Position numbers and translations under genes: made by a program | Source: an uncultured Verrucomicrobiota bacterium | GTDB taxonomy: Bacteria; Verrucomicrobiota; Kiritimatiellia; JAAZAB01 | Reading direction: 5' to 3' | Assembly: GCA_964475405.1 (NCBI GenBank) | Contig: CAYYWX010000001.1 | Location: 6,333-70,332, forward strand | Length of the DNA: 64,000 nt | Shown here: one piece after another, positions 18,814 to 26,913 of the stretch | Layout of the letters: the number at the start of each line of letters is the position of its first letter | Numbering within the stretch: the first letter of the stretch is position 1 | Notes under the pieces: model-generated | The model's database searches: none | Seen by the model: only the letters and a program-made list of their open reading frames with translations | What the model was told of the DNA's origin: nothing

Positions 18814-18840
18814 CTTACCAGTTTATGGCCGGGAAGCGAA

Positions 18841-20472
18841 TTATTTTCCCGGGCCGCCGATGCAATACAGATACCTCTGCGCCCGGTAGAAGATATTGTT
18901 GCCGTCAAAGAACGGGGTGCTCACCGTCCCCTCAAGCGTATTGTTCCCATAGTAGTAATTGATGCGCTGGTCGATGGTATTGCGTCCGACTTCCTTGTAT
19001 TCCCGGCCCGGCTCAAGGATCAAGGTCGTCCCGAAGTTGCCGACCAGGAATATTTTCCCCCCGGCCAGGGCCGGCGAGGCGGCCATCCCGCAGCCATAGG
19101 GCCGGTCATTGCGCAACGGCTCATTGCCGAAGTCGAGATTTTTGCTGTAAACGACCTTTTCCGTCAGGACATCGCAGACGAATAACAACATTTGGGGACC
19201 CAGCGCCGGTTTACCTTTGCTAGGCATGATCGGATTGTTGCCGCAGACATAAAGCAACCCGTCGTGATAAAGCACCGAGGGCACCACGTGGCGTCCGCCG
19301 TCGGGCGGGACCAAGGCTGTTCCCTTGATTACCGGCTTGAACGGCGCGTCGGCCTTTTCGGGCAATTGATAATAACGCACCGGGCTGCCGTTGTTCGCTG
19401 TGCTGACGCCGCCCATGCCCTCCATCCAGAAAACAAATCCGCCGCCGAACACCGGCGATCCCTTGCCGGTATGTATGAGGGCGCCCTTGGAAAAACAGAC
19501 ACCGTCCGAGGCGCGGATCAGGCTGCCGTCGCCGGCGGCGAACACCTTTTCACCCCCAATGACCGAGCTGACATGGGAGGCAAACCACCAGGCACCGCCC
19601 TTGAGGTCCGTTCTCCAGGCGTCCTTGCCGGTTTTCTTGTCAAAGGCCAGGTATTGCCGGCCGACATAAGTGATCACCAGGTCGCCGACCAGCAGGGGTG
19701 AACCGTAATGGCCGTGTTCCTGCGGCACAAGCTTGTCATAACGGATCCATTGGCGGTTGCCGTCAAGGTCAAAGCAGGCCGTCACGCCCCAGCCGTTCCA
19801 GGCAAAAACAAATTTTCCGTCGGAGACCGGGGTGGCGGCCATGAATCCGCCCTCACCCCCTATTCCGCTCTTATAGTTCTTGTCCAAGTTGCCGGCGGCG
19901 ACGAGGAGTTTGATCACCTCGCCATTCATCACCCCGTCAATCTTGGATATTTCCCCGCCCAATTGGAAAACTCCATTCGTTCCGGGATCGGTTATTTTCG
20001 CAAGGAGCGCATCGCGCTGTTGCGCCTGCTGGTCCAGCTTGTCAAAGACCTCCTTGTTCGCTTCGCGTTCTTCCTTCGTCGCGGCGTCATAGGGACTGAC
20101 CGGCTTGACCCACAGGATTTTACCCGTGAGTTTATCCGCGCAGATCAATTCATAGTTGTTGCCGGTGGCAAAGAGTTTGTCGCCGACCGCGATCACGGAG
20201 CTGGGAGAGTCAAATGGCATAATGGTCCGCCAGGCGATATTAGTCCCCTTGCCGTCCTTCAGGCTCCAGTTCATGGGCGGGGTGGCGCCGGAAAATTTTC
20301 CCGTGCCGTCCCCGCGCCAGCCGACCGGCTGTTCGGGCGACGGGCGGAAGTCCGGCGAACCCAGCAGCGCGTCCTTGGCCGCGACCGTTGTTGAAACGCC
20401 GAAGATTAAAACCGCGAAAGCCAGGCCGGCGGCCTGGATCGTTCTTCTCGTCTTGTTCGGGTCAATTTTCAT
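18841..20472 (-). CDS. Secreted PQQ-like beta-propeller repeat protein, paralog 1 (BamB/PQQ-repeat superfamily)
   Basis: GGGAGA RBS. Signal peptide, then the family N-motif LGSPDFRPSPEQPVGWRGDGTGKFSGATPPMNW. PQQ-like repeats (A.DK.TGKILW). Its C-terminal ~65 aa are near-identical to paralog 2. Confidence 0.8.
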   Translation of the reverse strand: MKIDPNKTRRTIQAAGLAFAVLIFGVSTTVAAKDALLGSPDFRPSPEQPVGWRGDGTGKFSGATPPMNWSLKDGKGTNIAWRTIMPFDSPSSVIAVGDKLFATGNNYELICADKLTGKILWVKPVSPYDAATKEEREANKEVFDKLDQQAQQRDALLAKITDPGTNGVFQLGGEISKIDGVMNGEVIKLLVAAGNLDKNYKSGIGGEGGFMAATPVSDGKFVFAWNGWGVTACFDLDGNRQWIRYDKLVPQEHGHYGSPLLVGDLVITYVGRQYLAFDKKTGKDAWRTDLKGGAWWFASHVSSVIGGEKVFAAGDGSLIRASDGVCFSKGALIHTGKGSPVFGGGFVFWMEGMGGVSTANNGSPVRYYQLPEKADAPFKPVIKGTALVPPDGGRHVVPSVLYHDGLLYVCGNNPIMPSKGKPALGPQMLLFVCDVLTEKVVYSKNLDFGNEPLRNDRPYGCGMAASPALAGGKIFLVGNFGTTLILEPGREYKEVGRNTIDQRINYYYGNNTLEGTVSTPFFDGNNIFYRAQRYLYCIGGPGK

Positions 20473-20567
20473 AATTATTCATCTCCCTTTCATGTTGTTC
20501 ATTTCTTCACACCGCTCGGAAACGGATTTACTTGTTTTTTAGAACTCCTCAGTTAATGTGGGCTAAT

Positions 20568-20636
20568 TGTCATTCCCGACTTGATCGGGAATCCTGAAAA
20601 AGCAATACTGGATTCCCGCTTTCGCGGGAATGACAG
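20568..20636. repeat. Nested inverted-repeat (MITE/REP-like) element between the GH20 gene and paralog 1
   Basis: The element gtcattcccga-cttga-tcgggaat ... ggattcccgc-tttc-gcgggaatgacag contains two inner hairpins (attcccga/tcgggaat and attcccgc/gcgggaat) bracketed by outer arms gtcattccc/gggaatgac. A half-copy (cgggaatgacattat) occurs at ~14337. Confidence 0.5.
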
Positions 20637-20658
20637 TATTGAAGTTCACAACCTGCCC

Positions 20659-22743
20659 TCATAACTGAGGAGTTATGTTTTTCCGGTACGCGGCGATATA
20701 ACGTTTCAGCCGCGAGCGGTATCCCTCCAAATCGAGCAACTGCTCATCCAGGATCAGGTAAGTCATGTCCGCGGTGCGGTTGGCAAAGTGCCGCGCCCGG
20801 TCGCGGGCGTGCAAATATCTCCGGCCGGGCAAGGACAGTCCCTTGGGCAAACGGGTCCGTTCCCAGAGACGGACAAGGCCGGAGAAGACCCGCTCGCGGT
20901 CGGCGAGGTGATCGCCGATCATCCGCGCGGCCCGGCGCAGATGCCCCAGCGCCGCGCGCCGGTCGGAAAAATGTTCCCCGGACGCCAGGCAAACGGCGTG
21001 TTCCAGTTCCCCGAGCATCAGGATCAGCCCGGCATTGTGGCGCATCAGTTCCGCGACGGACCGCATCAACTCAAGGTCGTGGCGATTCCGCGCGCCGCGC
21101 GAGAGGTTGTCGGCAATGATCGCCTCCGCCCGGAGAAGGGCGTGCTGTTCCTGGAGCGCGCGTTGGGTCAGCGCCCGGTAACGGTTTCGCCAGAAATTGC
21201 TGATCTCAAGGCCGGCGCGCGGGAAATCCGGAAGGTGGATCTTGCCCACGTCGCCGTGATGCCACACGTTGCGCTGGAAAGTGTCGTAATAAAATTCCGC
21301 CGAGTTTTGCAGAAGCGCATAAAGTTCCGGCAGGTCGCGGCCCTCCGGGCCAAAATAGCGCAGGAAAAACCGGCGCGTCCAGCCGGCAATATCGCGTTCT
21401 CGGGCATTCCAGGAGAATTCCGCCCCGCAGACGAAACGCCCCATCCACATCCGGGTGTGAAGGCCCGAGTCGTCCCACGATGTAATGATCGCGCCCTCCA
21501 CGGCCCCGGTCCGCGCCGCGGCGGCGATTGAGGCCGTCTCTTTGAACGTCCCCTGCCGCTCGCATCCCGGCTCGTTCTGCCACATGGACCGCTGCACCCA
21601 GGGAAAATGCGGCAGGAAAAGCGGGGTGATGCCGGGGTTCGGCGCGTAAGTCCAGAGCGCGCGCCCGGCGGCGCGCGCCGCCGCCAAGCTTTCATTATCG
21701 CCGAAAGCCACGCTGACCATGGACTCCGAGGCCGGGTGTTTTGCTCCGGCCTGCCACTGGCCGCCCCACGAGATTGCTTTCCGTCCGCGCTTTTCCACGT
21801 GCGCGACGCAGCGGCTGAGAAAGTCCTGCATCAGCTCGTCCTTCCCCGCCACCCCGGCCCGCGCCTGGCATCCGCACTCCGCGCCCTGGCCCAGTTCGTA
21901 AGTCTCGTCGCAGCCGATGTGAATAAACTCGCTGCCCGGGGTGGCGGCGATGGCCTCGTCCCAGAGATCAAAGAGAAGGCGTAACGAGCCATCCTTCAGC
22001 GGGCAAAATTCCCAGTTGGAATCGGAAATCTCCCGCAGATGCCGGTGCCGGGGATGCTTGAGGATGAACGACACGTGCCCGAGTCCCTGGACGAGCGGCA
22101 CCAGCTGGACGTGATGCTTGAGCGCCAGGCGGGCAAAGGCGCGCACCTGGCCCGGCGTGAAGGCGCCGGGAGCGCCGATTTCCGGGTGACGGCGGTAGGC
22201 GAACTTGTCCTCCCATTCCCAGACCAGCACGTTTATTTTCCAGGACGCGAGTTGGAGGATGAGGTCCCGAACATAGGCAGCGGTGGGCTGGTGGTGCTTG
22301 GTGTCGTAATGAATGGCGCGATATTTCAGGTCGGGCCAATCGTTGATTTCCAGGCACGGGGCCATGACGGCGTCGCCTTCCCGGCGCAAGCACTGTCGCA
22401 GGGTCTGCATGGCATAATAGACGCCGGCGGCATCGCCGCCCTCCAGGACGATTTGTCGCGGTTGAATGGTCAAGCCATAGCCCTGCGGCGGGCGTCCACT
22501 GCCGCGCTTGATGATGAGCTTCACGCGTCCCGGACCGGACCGGCCTTTCGCCACACGCGCCTCCAGCCCGCACTCGGAGCGCAGGCAGCGGCCCAGGTAC
22601 CCGGCCGAGAACCGGTCTTCAGCCGGGGCATCGGGAGCGAGCACGATTGAGATTCCCCGGGAGAGGCGGCAAAAACCTCCGGCCGCCCGGACTTCCTGCG
22701 GCTCGGGAATCAGCGCCAACTCTGGCATTTCGCCGCGTTTCAT
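20659..22743 (-). CDS. Glycoside hydrolase family 20-like beta-N-acetylhexosaminidase
   Basis: GH20 catalytic (beta/alpha)8 signature H-x-G-x-D-E present as HIGCDETYELGQG, with the upstream GH20b-like N-domain. Its ATG overlaps the stop of paralog 2 (ATGA), so the two are translationally coupled. Confidence 0.7.
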   Translation of the reverse strand: MKRGEMPELALIPEPQEVRAAGGFCRLSRGISIVLAPDAPAEDRFSAGYLGRCLRSECGLEARVAKGRSGPGRVKLIIKRGSGRPPQGYGLTIQPRQIVLEGGDAAGVYYAMQTLRQCLRREGDAVMAPCLEINDWPDLKYRAIHYDTKHHQPTAAYVRDLILQLASWKINVLVWEWEDKFAYRRHPEIGAPGAFTPGQVRAFARLALKHHVQLVPLVQGLGHVSFILKHPRHRHLREISDSNWEFCPLKDGSLRLLFDLWDEAIAATPGSEFIHIGCDETYELGQGAECGCQARAGVAGKDELMQDFLSRCVAHVEKRGRKAISWGGQWQAGAKHPASESMVSVAFGDNESLAAARAAGRALWTYAPNPGITPLFLPHFPWVQRSMWQNEPGCERQGTFKETASIAAAARTGAVEGAIITSWDDSGLHTRMWMGRFVCGAEFSWNARERDIAGWTRRFFLRYFGPEGRDLPELYALLQNSAEFYYDTFQRNVWHHGDVGKIHLPDFPRAGLEISNFWRNRYRALTQRALQEQHALLRAEAIIADNLSRGARNRHDLELMRSVAELMRHNAGLILMLGELEHAVCLASGEHFSDRRAALGHLRRAARMIGDHLADRERVFSGLVRLWERTRLPKGLSLPGRRYLHARDRARHFANRTADMTYLILDEQLLDLEGYRSRLKRYIAAYRKNITPQL

Positions 22744-24413
22744 TTTTCGCTGGTCCCTTCCGGCTCGCCAATGCAGTAAAGATGCCTCTGCGCCCGGTAG
22801 AAAATCTTGTTGCCGTCAAAAAACAGGTTACCTACCGTCCCCTCCATCCTGTCTTCCTTATAGTAGTAACTGATGCGCTGGTCGATGGTATTGCGTCCGA
22901 CTTCCTTGTATTCCCGGCCCGGCTCAAGGATCAAGGTCGTCCCGAAGTTGCCGACCAGGAATATTTTCCCTCCGGCAATGGCCGGCGAGGCGGCCATCCC
23001 GCAGCCATAGGGCCGGTCATTGCGCAAGGGCTCATTGCCGAAGTCGAGATTTTTGCTGTAAACGACCTTTTCCGTCAAGACATCGCAGACGAACAATATC
23101 ATGTTCTCTTCCACTCCCCGCTTGCCGCCGCCGCGGGTGATGGTCGTACTGTTGCCGCAGACATAAATCAAACCGTCGTGATAAAGCGGCGAAGGCACCA
23201 CGTGGCGCGCGGTTTCGGGCACTTCCAGGGCCGCGCCCTTGATGGCCGGCTTGAACGGCGCGTCGGCTTTTTCGGGCAGTTTATAGTAACGCAACGGACT
23301 GGTTAATGACCCATATCCATCCAGCCAGCAGACATACCCGCCACCGGCCACGGGCGATCCCACGCTGGGATGCCAGCAGGCGCCCTTGGCAAAACGGCCG
23401 CCGTCGGCAATGGTCATCAGGCTGCCGTCGCCGCCCACCATCACTTTTTTACCATCAATGACTGTGCCGACCGGCGAGGCAAACCACCAGCCGCCCTCGC
23501 CCGGACCCGCCTTATGATCCGTTCTCCAGATTTCCTTGCCGGTTTTCTTGTCCAGCGCCAGGTATTGCCGGCCGACATAAATGATCACCAGGTCCCCGGA
23601 AAGAAGGGGCGAGCTGTAATGGCCGTGCTCCTGCCAGGCGAGCTTGTCAAAGCGGATCCACTTGCGGTTGCCTTCAAGGTCAAAGCAGGCCGTAACGCCC
23701 CACCCGTTCCAGGCGTAGACCAAAGCGCCGTCCGAAGCCGGCGTGGTGCCCATGAACCCGCCTTCGCCCGATATCCCGGGGCCCTTGTATTTTACCTTGT
23801 CGGACGCGGCAAGGAGTTTCATCATCTCGCTGTCGTTCTTGGTTATTTCACCGCCCAGCTTGAAAATTTCGTTGGAGACCGCCGCGGCGGCGACGGCCGG
23901 CATCTTCGCGAGGAGCTCATCGCGCTTTTGCGCCATTTTATCCAGGTTGTCAAAGAGCTCCTTGTTGGCCTCCCGGTCTTCCTTCGTCGCAGCGTCATAG
24001 GGGCTGACCGGCTTGACCCACAGGATTTTGCCCGTGCGCTTCTCCACGCAAATTAGCTCGAAGTCGTTGCCGGTGGTGAAGAGTTTGTCGCCGACCGCGA
24101 TCACGGAGCTGGGAGAGTCAAGGGGCATCCGGACCTGCCAGGCGATATTGGTCCCCTTGCCGTCCTTCAGGCTCCAGGTCATGGGCGGCGTGGCGCCGGG
24201 AAAATGCCCCGTGCCGTCCCCGCGCCAGCCGACCGGCTGTTCCGGCGAAGGGCGGAAGTCCTTTGAACCCAGCGGCGCGTCCTTGGCCGCGGCCGAAGTT
24301 GAAATGCCGCACATTAAGACCGCGAAGGCCAGGCCGGCTGCCGGGATTATCGTCCTCGCAAAATTCAGGTCAATCTTCATTATCTGTTTTCCTTTCAGGG
24401 AACTCATGGTCAC
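22740..24413 (-). CDS. Secreted PQQ-like beta-propeller repeat protein, paralog 2
   Basis: Signal peptide plus N-motif LGSKDFRPSPEQPVGWRGDGTGHFPGATPPMTW. PQQ repeats (CVEKRTGKILWVKPVS). The 3'-terminal ~200 nt are essentially identical to paralog 1. Confidence 0.8.
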   Translation of the reverse strand: MTMSSLKGKQIMKIDLNFARTIIPAAGLAFAVLMCGISTSAAAKDAPLGSKDFRPSPEQPVGWRGDGTGHFPGATPPMTWSLKDGKGTNIAWQVRMPLDSPSSVIAVGDKLFTTGNDFELICVEKRTGKILWVKPVSPYDAATKEDREANKELFDNLDKMAQKRDELLAKMPAVAAAAVSNEIFKLGGEITKNDSEMMKLLAASDKVKYKGPGISGEGGFMGTTPASDGALVYAWNGWGVTACFDLEGNRKWIRFDKLAWQEHGHYSSPLLSGDLVIIYVGRQYLALDKKTGKEIWRTDHKAGPGEGGWWFASPVGTVIDGKKVMVGGDGSLMTIADGGRFAKGACWHPSVGSPVAGGGYVCWLDGYGSLTSPLRYYKLPEKADAPFKPAIKGAALEVPETARHVVPSPLYHDGLIYVCGNSTTITRGGGKRGVEENMILFVCDVLTEKVVYSKNLDFGNEPLRNDRPYGCGMAASPAIAGGKIFLVGNFGTTLILEPGREYKEVGRNTIDQRISYYYKEDRMEGTVGNLFFDGNKIFYRAQRHLYCIGEPEGTSEK

Positions 24414-24445
24414 CTCCGTTAGCTTTTGATTGTTAAATTGAAAGT

Positions 24446-26623
24446 TTACTGTTTCTTCCCCTGTTCCTCAATGCAATACAAATTTTCCTCCCCGCGAAAG
24501 TACATGCGATTGCCGTCAAAGACAGGCGTGCTGGTCATGGTATTGTCCTGGTACTCGGGACAGTACTTCCTGTTGCACCAATATCCATAGTTGCCGAGCG
24601 CCCGGCCGCTTCTGGCAAGGTATTGAATCCGGTTGCGGGCGACTTCTTCATACGTGCGCCCCGGCTTGATGACTATCGTCACGCCGGTCGCTCCCATCAG
24701 GTAGATGTGCCCGCCGGCAAGAGCCAGGCTCGCGCCGAAATAACTGCGTTGATGCGCGGCCGCAAAAAGATCAATCGGCAATTCCTTCTGATACACGCCT
24801 TCCATGGTCACCACGTCGAAAACCTTCAACACTCCATCGCCGCTCACGGTATACCCCAGGCCATCATAAATTAACGGGGACGTCACAAGACTTTTGCCCT
24901 GGTAGAAGTTCAATCCCAACGGCAACTGCTCCGGCAATTTCACGCTTTGCCCTGGTTGTTTGATCGCCAGGCCGTTGTTGGTGGTTGCCTCGACCGTATA
25001 TTTAAGGACACCATCCGGAGAGTTTTGCCATGCCGCATCCCCCTCAAAGATCGGCGTGGAAACCCAGTTGCCCCAGCCTTGCGAGCCGAAGACCTGTCCA
25101 TCCCGGGCGCGCACGAGAATATTGCCGCCGGGACACAGGACGTATTCAGTATCTTTGAACACCGCCCGGCTGAGCGAACCGCCCCAATTCCGCCAGCCCT
25201 TGGTTTTACTCGCGTTTTCAAGACCCACGCTCCACTTCGCCGAGCCGTCGGAGAGGTCAAAGGCCGTGATGGTGCCGTCCATAATGACAAACTTCCTGTC
25301 GGCAATGACCGGCGCGCTGTAGTAGCCATGATGCTGGTACTTCGGCCTTTCGTAGCGTATCCAGCGGCGTTTGCCGTCCAGGCCGTAACAGGCTCTTGTT
25401 CCCCGTGTCAGCCATACAAAAACGCCGCTGCCTTCGGAGGCCGGCGTCGGAATCGTCCACCAGTCCGGCTCGCCCTGCTCGTCGGGCCGCTTGTACTTCA
25501 CGCGGTCCACCTCAAGCATAATTTTGTCCAGCTCGTTTTCAAGCTTAGATTCTTCTTTCACCGCGGCCTCGTCGGGCTGTTTTCCAAGCAAATAGTCTTG
25601 ATAGAAAAGCTCGCGCTTGGCCGCCAGCGGATCCAGCTTGGCGAAAACTTCCGGCTTGGCCTTGCGTTCCTCGGGCGTGGCGGCATCGTAGGGACTGTTC
25701 TGCCGGATCCAAACGATCTTGCCCGTCTTCTTGTCAACGCAGACCAGGTTGTAGGGATGGGCCATGGTGAACAGGAAATCGCCCGCGATGATCGGGTTGG
25801 CCTGGGTCAGCCCCGGCATTCGAACTATCCAGGAAATATTCGTGGAAGCATAGTCGCGCGGTTCTTCCGACGGCCAGAACCGGCAGCGCACAAAACACGT
25901 TTTCGGAAAATCAAAATTGCCCATGCCCATACGGGGCGTCAACTTGAACAGGAAACGGTTCCAGCCCGCCTGAAGCTGCAATTCCAGGGTGGGCCCCATG
26001 TCGCCGCCTCCGTTATTGACGGGGGTGTCGGGATTGGTGTATTCCCTCGCGCCGTTCAGCCACAACACCAATCCCCTGGCATGGTTCAGATGGAACCAGA
26101 TCTTGGCCGGCTTCTCAACATACAGGCACGCCTGCGCATACGCCGCCTGATCATTGGTCATAATTCCCAAGGGGCGAAAAAGGTCTATAAAGGAGTCTTC
26201 CACCTTGACCATCTGCCAAATTGCGTTGCCAAGTTTGTCGCCTTCCCGCGGTGCGAACGACGCTTCCCCGGGCATCACTTCCTGCGCGATCGCGTTGGTC
26301 AGACCGGCGCACGAAAACGGGCCGGCCACAAGCCACTCCGTGAAAAATCCCGTCGTGGCCGGGGTTGCGCCGGCGGATGAATTGTCCTTCGGCGCGGCGG
26401 CCGCGCATTTCAAGTCGCCAAGTTGCTTCAGGCTGCGCCCCCAATGCACGGGAGGATTGGCGCCAGGATATTTTCCCGTGCCGTCCCCGCGCCAGCCGAC
26501 CGGCTGCTCGGCGGATACTCGGAAATCGGGCGAACCCAGAACCGCATCTTTGGCCATGATTGTTGAGATGTTGAATGTTAAAAGTGCCAACGCCAAACTG
26601 GCCGTCATAATAATCTTTTTCAT
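24446..26623 (-). CDS. Secreted PQQ-like beta-propeller repeat protein, paralog 3, with inserted beta-sandwich (galactose-binding-like/CBM-like) module
   Basis: Probable true start at MKKIIMTASLALALL (track ORF extends to 26737). N-motif LGSPDFRVSAEQPVGWRGDGTGKYPGANPPVHW. A ~200-aa insert (FFTEWLVAGPFSC...WFHLNHARGLVLWLNGAREY) lies before the propeller repeats (VCVDKKTGKIVWIRQNS). Confidence 0.75.
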   Translation of the reverse strand: MKKIIMTASLALALLTFNISTIMAKDAVLGSPDFRVSAEQPVGWRGDGTGKYPGANPPVHWGRSLKQLGDLKCAAAAPKDNSSAGATPATTGFFTEWLVAGPFSCAGLTNAIAQEVMPGEASFAPREGDKLGNAIWQMVKVEDSFIDLFRPLGIMTNDQAAYAQACLYVEKPAKIWFHLNHARGLVLWLNGAREYTNPDTPVNNGGGDMGPTLELQLQAGWNRFLFKLTPRMGMGNFDFPKTCFVRCRFWPSEEPRDYASTNISWIVRMPGLTQANPIIAGDFLFTMAHPYNLVCVDKKTGKIVWIRQNSPYDAATPEERKAKPEVFAKLDPLAAKRELFYQDYLLGKQPDEAAVKEESKLENELDKIMLEVDRVKYKRPDEQGEPDWWTIPTPASEGSGVFVWLTRGTRACYGLDGKRRWIRYERPKYQHHGYYSAPVIADRKFVIMDGTITAFDLSDGSAKWSVGLENASKTKGWRNWGGSLSRAVFKDTEYVLCPGGNILVRARDGQVFGSQGWGNWVSTPIFEGDAAWQNSPDGVLKYTVEATTNNGLAIKQPGQSVKLPEQLPLGLNFYQGKSLVTSPLIYDGLGYTVSGDGVLKVFDVVTMEGVYQKELPIDLFAAAHQRSYFGASLALAGGHIYLMGATGVTIVIKPGRTYEEVARNRIQYLARSGRALGNYGYWCNRKYCPEYQDNTMTSTPVFDGNRMYFRGEENLYCIEEQGKKQ

Positions 26624-26667
26624 TTTTTCCTTTCTATCCAAGGTGGCATATAGCCGCGACCGAATTT

Positions 26668-26705
26668 TCAGATTCCCCGCACACTGTGCGGGGCTACAGT
26701 TGTTT
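26668..26705. repeat. Double-hairpin module (copy 1): ccccgcaca-ctg-tgcgggg followed by gctaca-N10-tgtagc
   Basis: Perfect IRs seen in sequence. A second copy of the same two-hairpin arrangement is at ~29862-29900. Confidence 0.4.
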
Positions 26706-26913
26706 ATTTGTAGCGCGTCACCAGGCTCCGCCGCCATGTCCCGCCGGAGCGGCTTCGCGTAGGGGGAAGCGCTTCCGCCGTCGCCCTGTAGTTAAGCGAA
26801 GCGTATACTACAGGGCTATGGTGGACAAGTCGCCCAGGCGAGCAATGTGACACGTTGTTTTCTTCTTCTACAAAAGCGCCATATGTTTAAATGGAACTAT
26901 GTGTCTTTCTTAT

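Noticed and set aside
26624-26737. N-terminal extension of propeller paralog 3 to 26737 (MAAEPGDALQINNCSPAQCAGN...)
   Set aside because: The extension covers the double-hairpin element. The in-frame Met at 26623 starts a canonical signal peptide (MKKIIMTASLALALL) with an AAAGGA RBS, matching the other paralogs.
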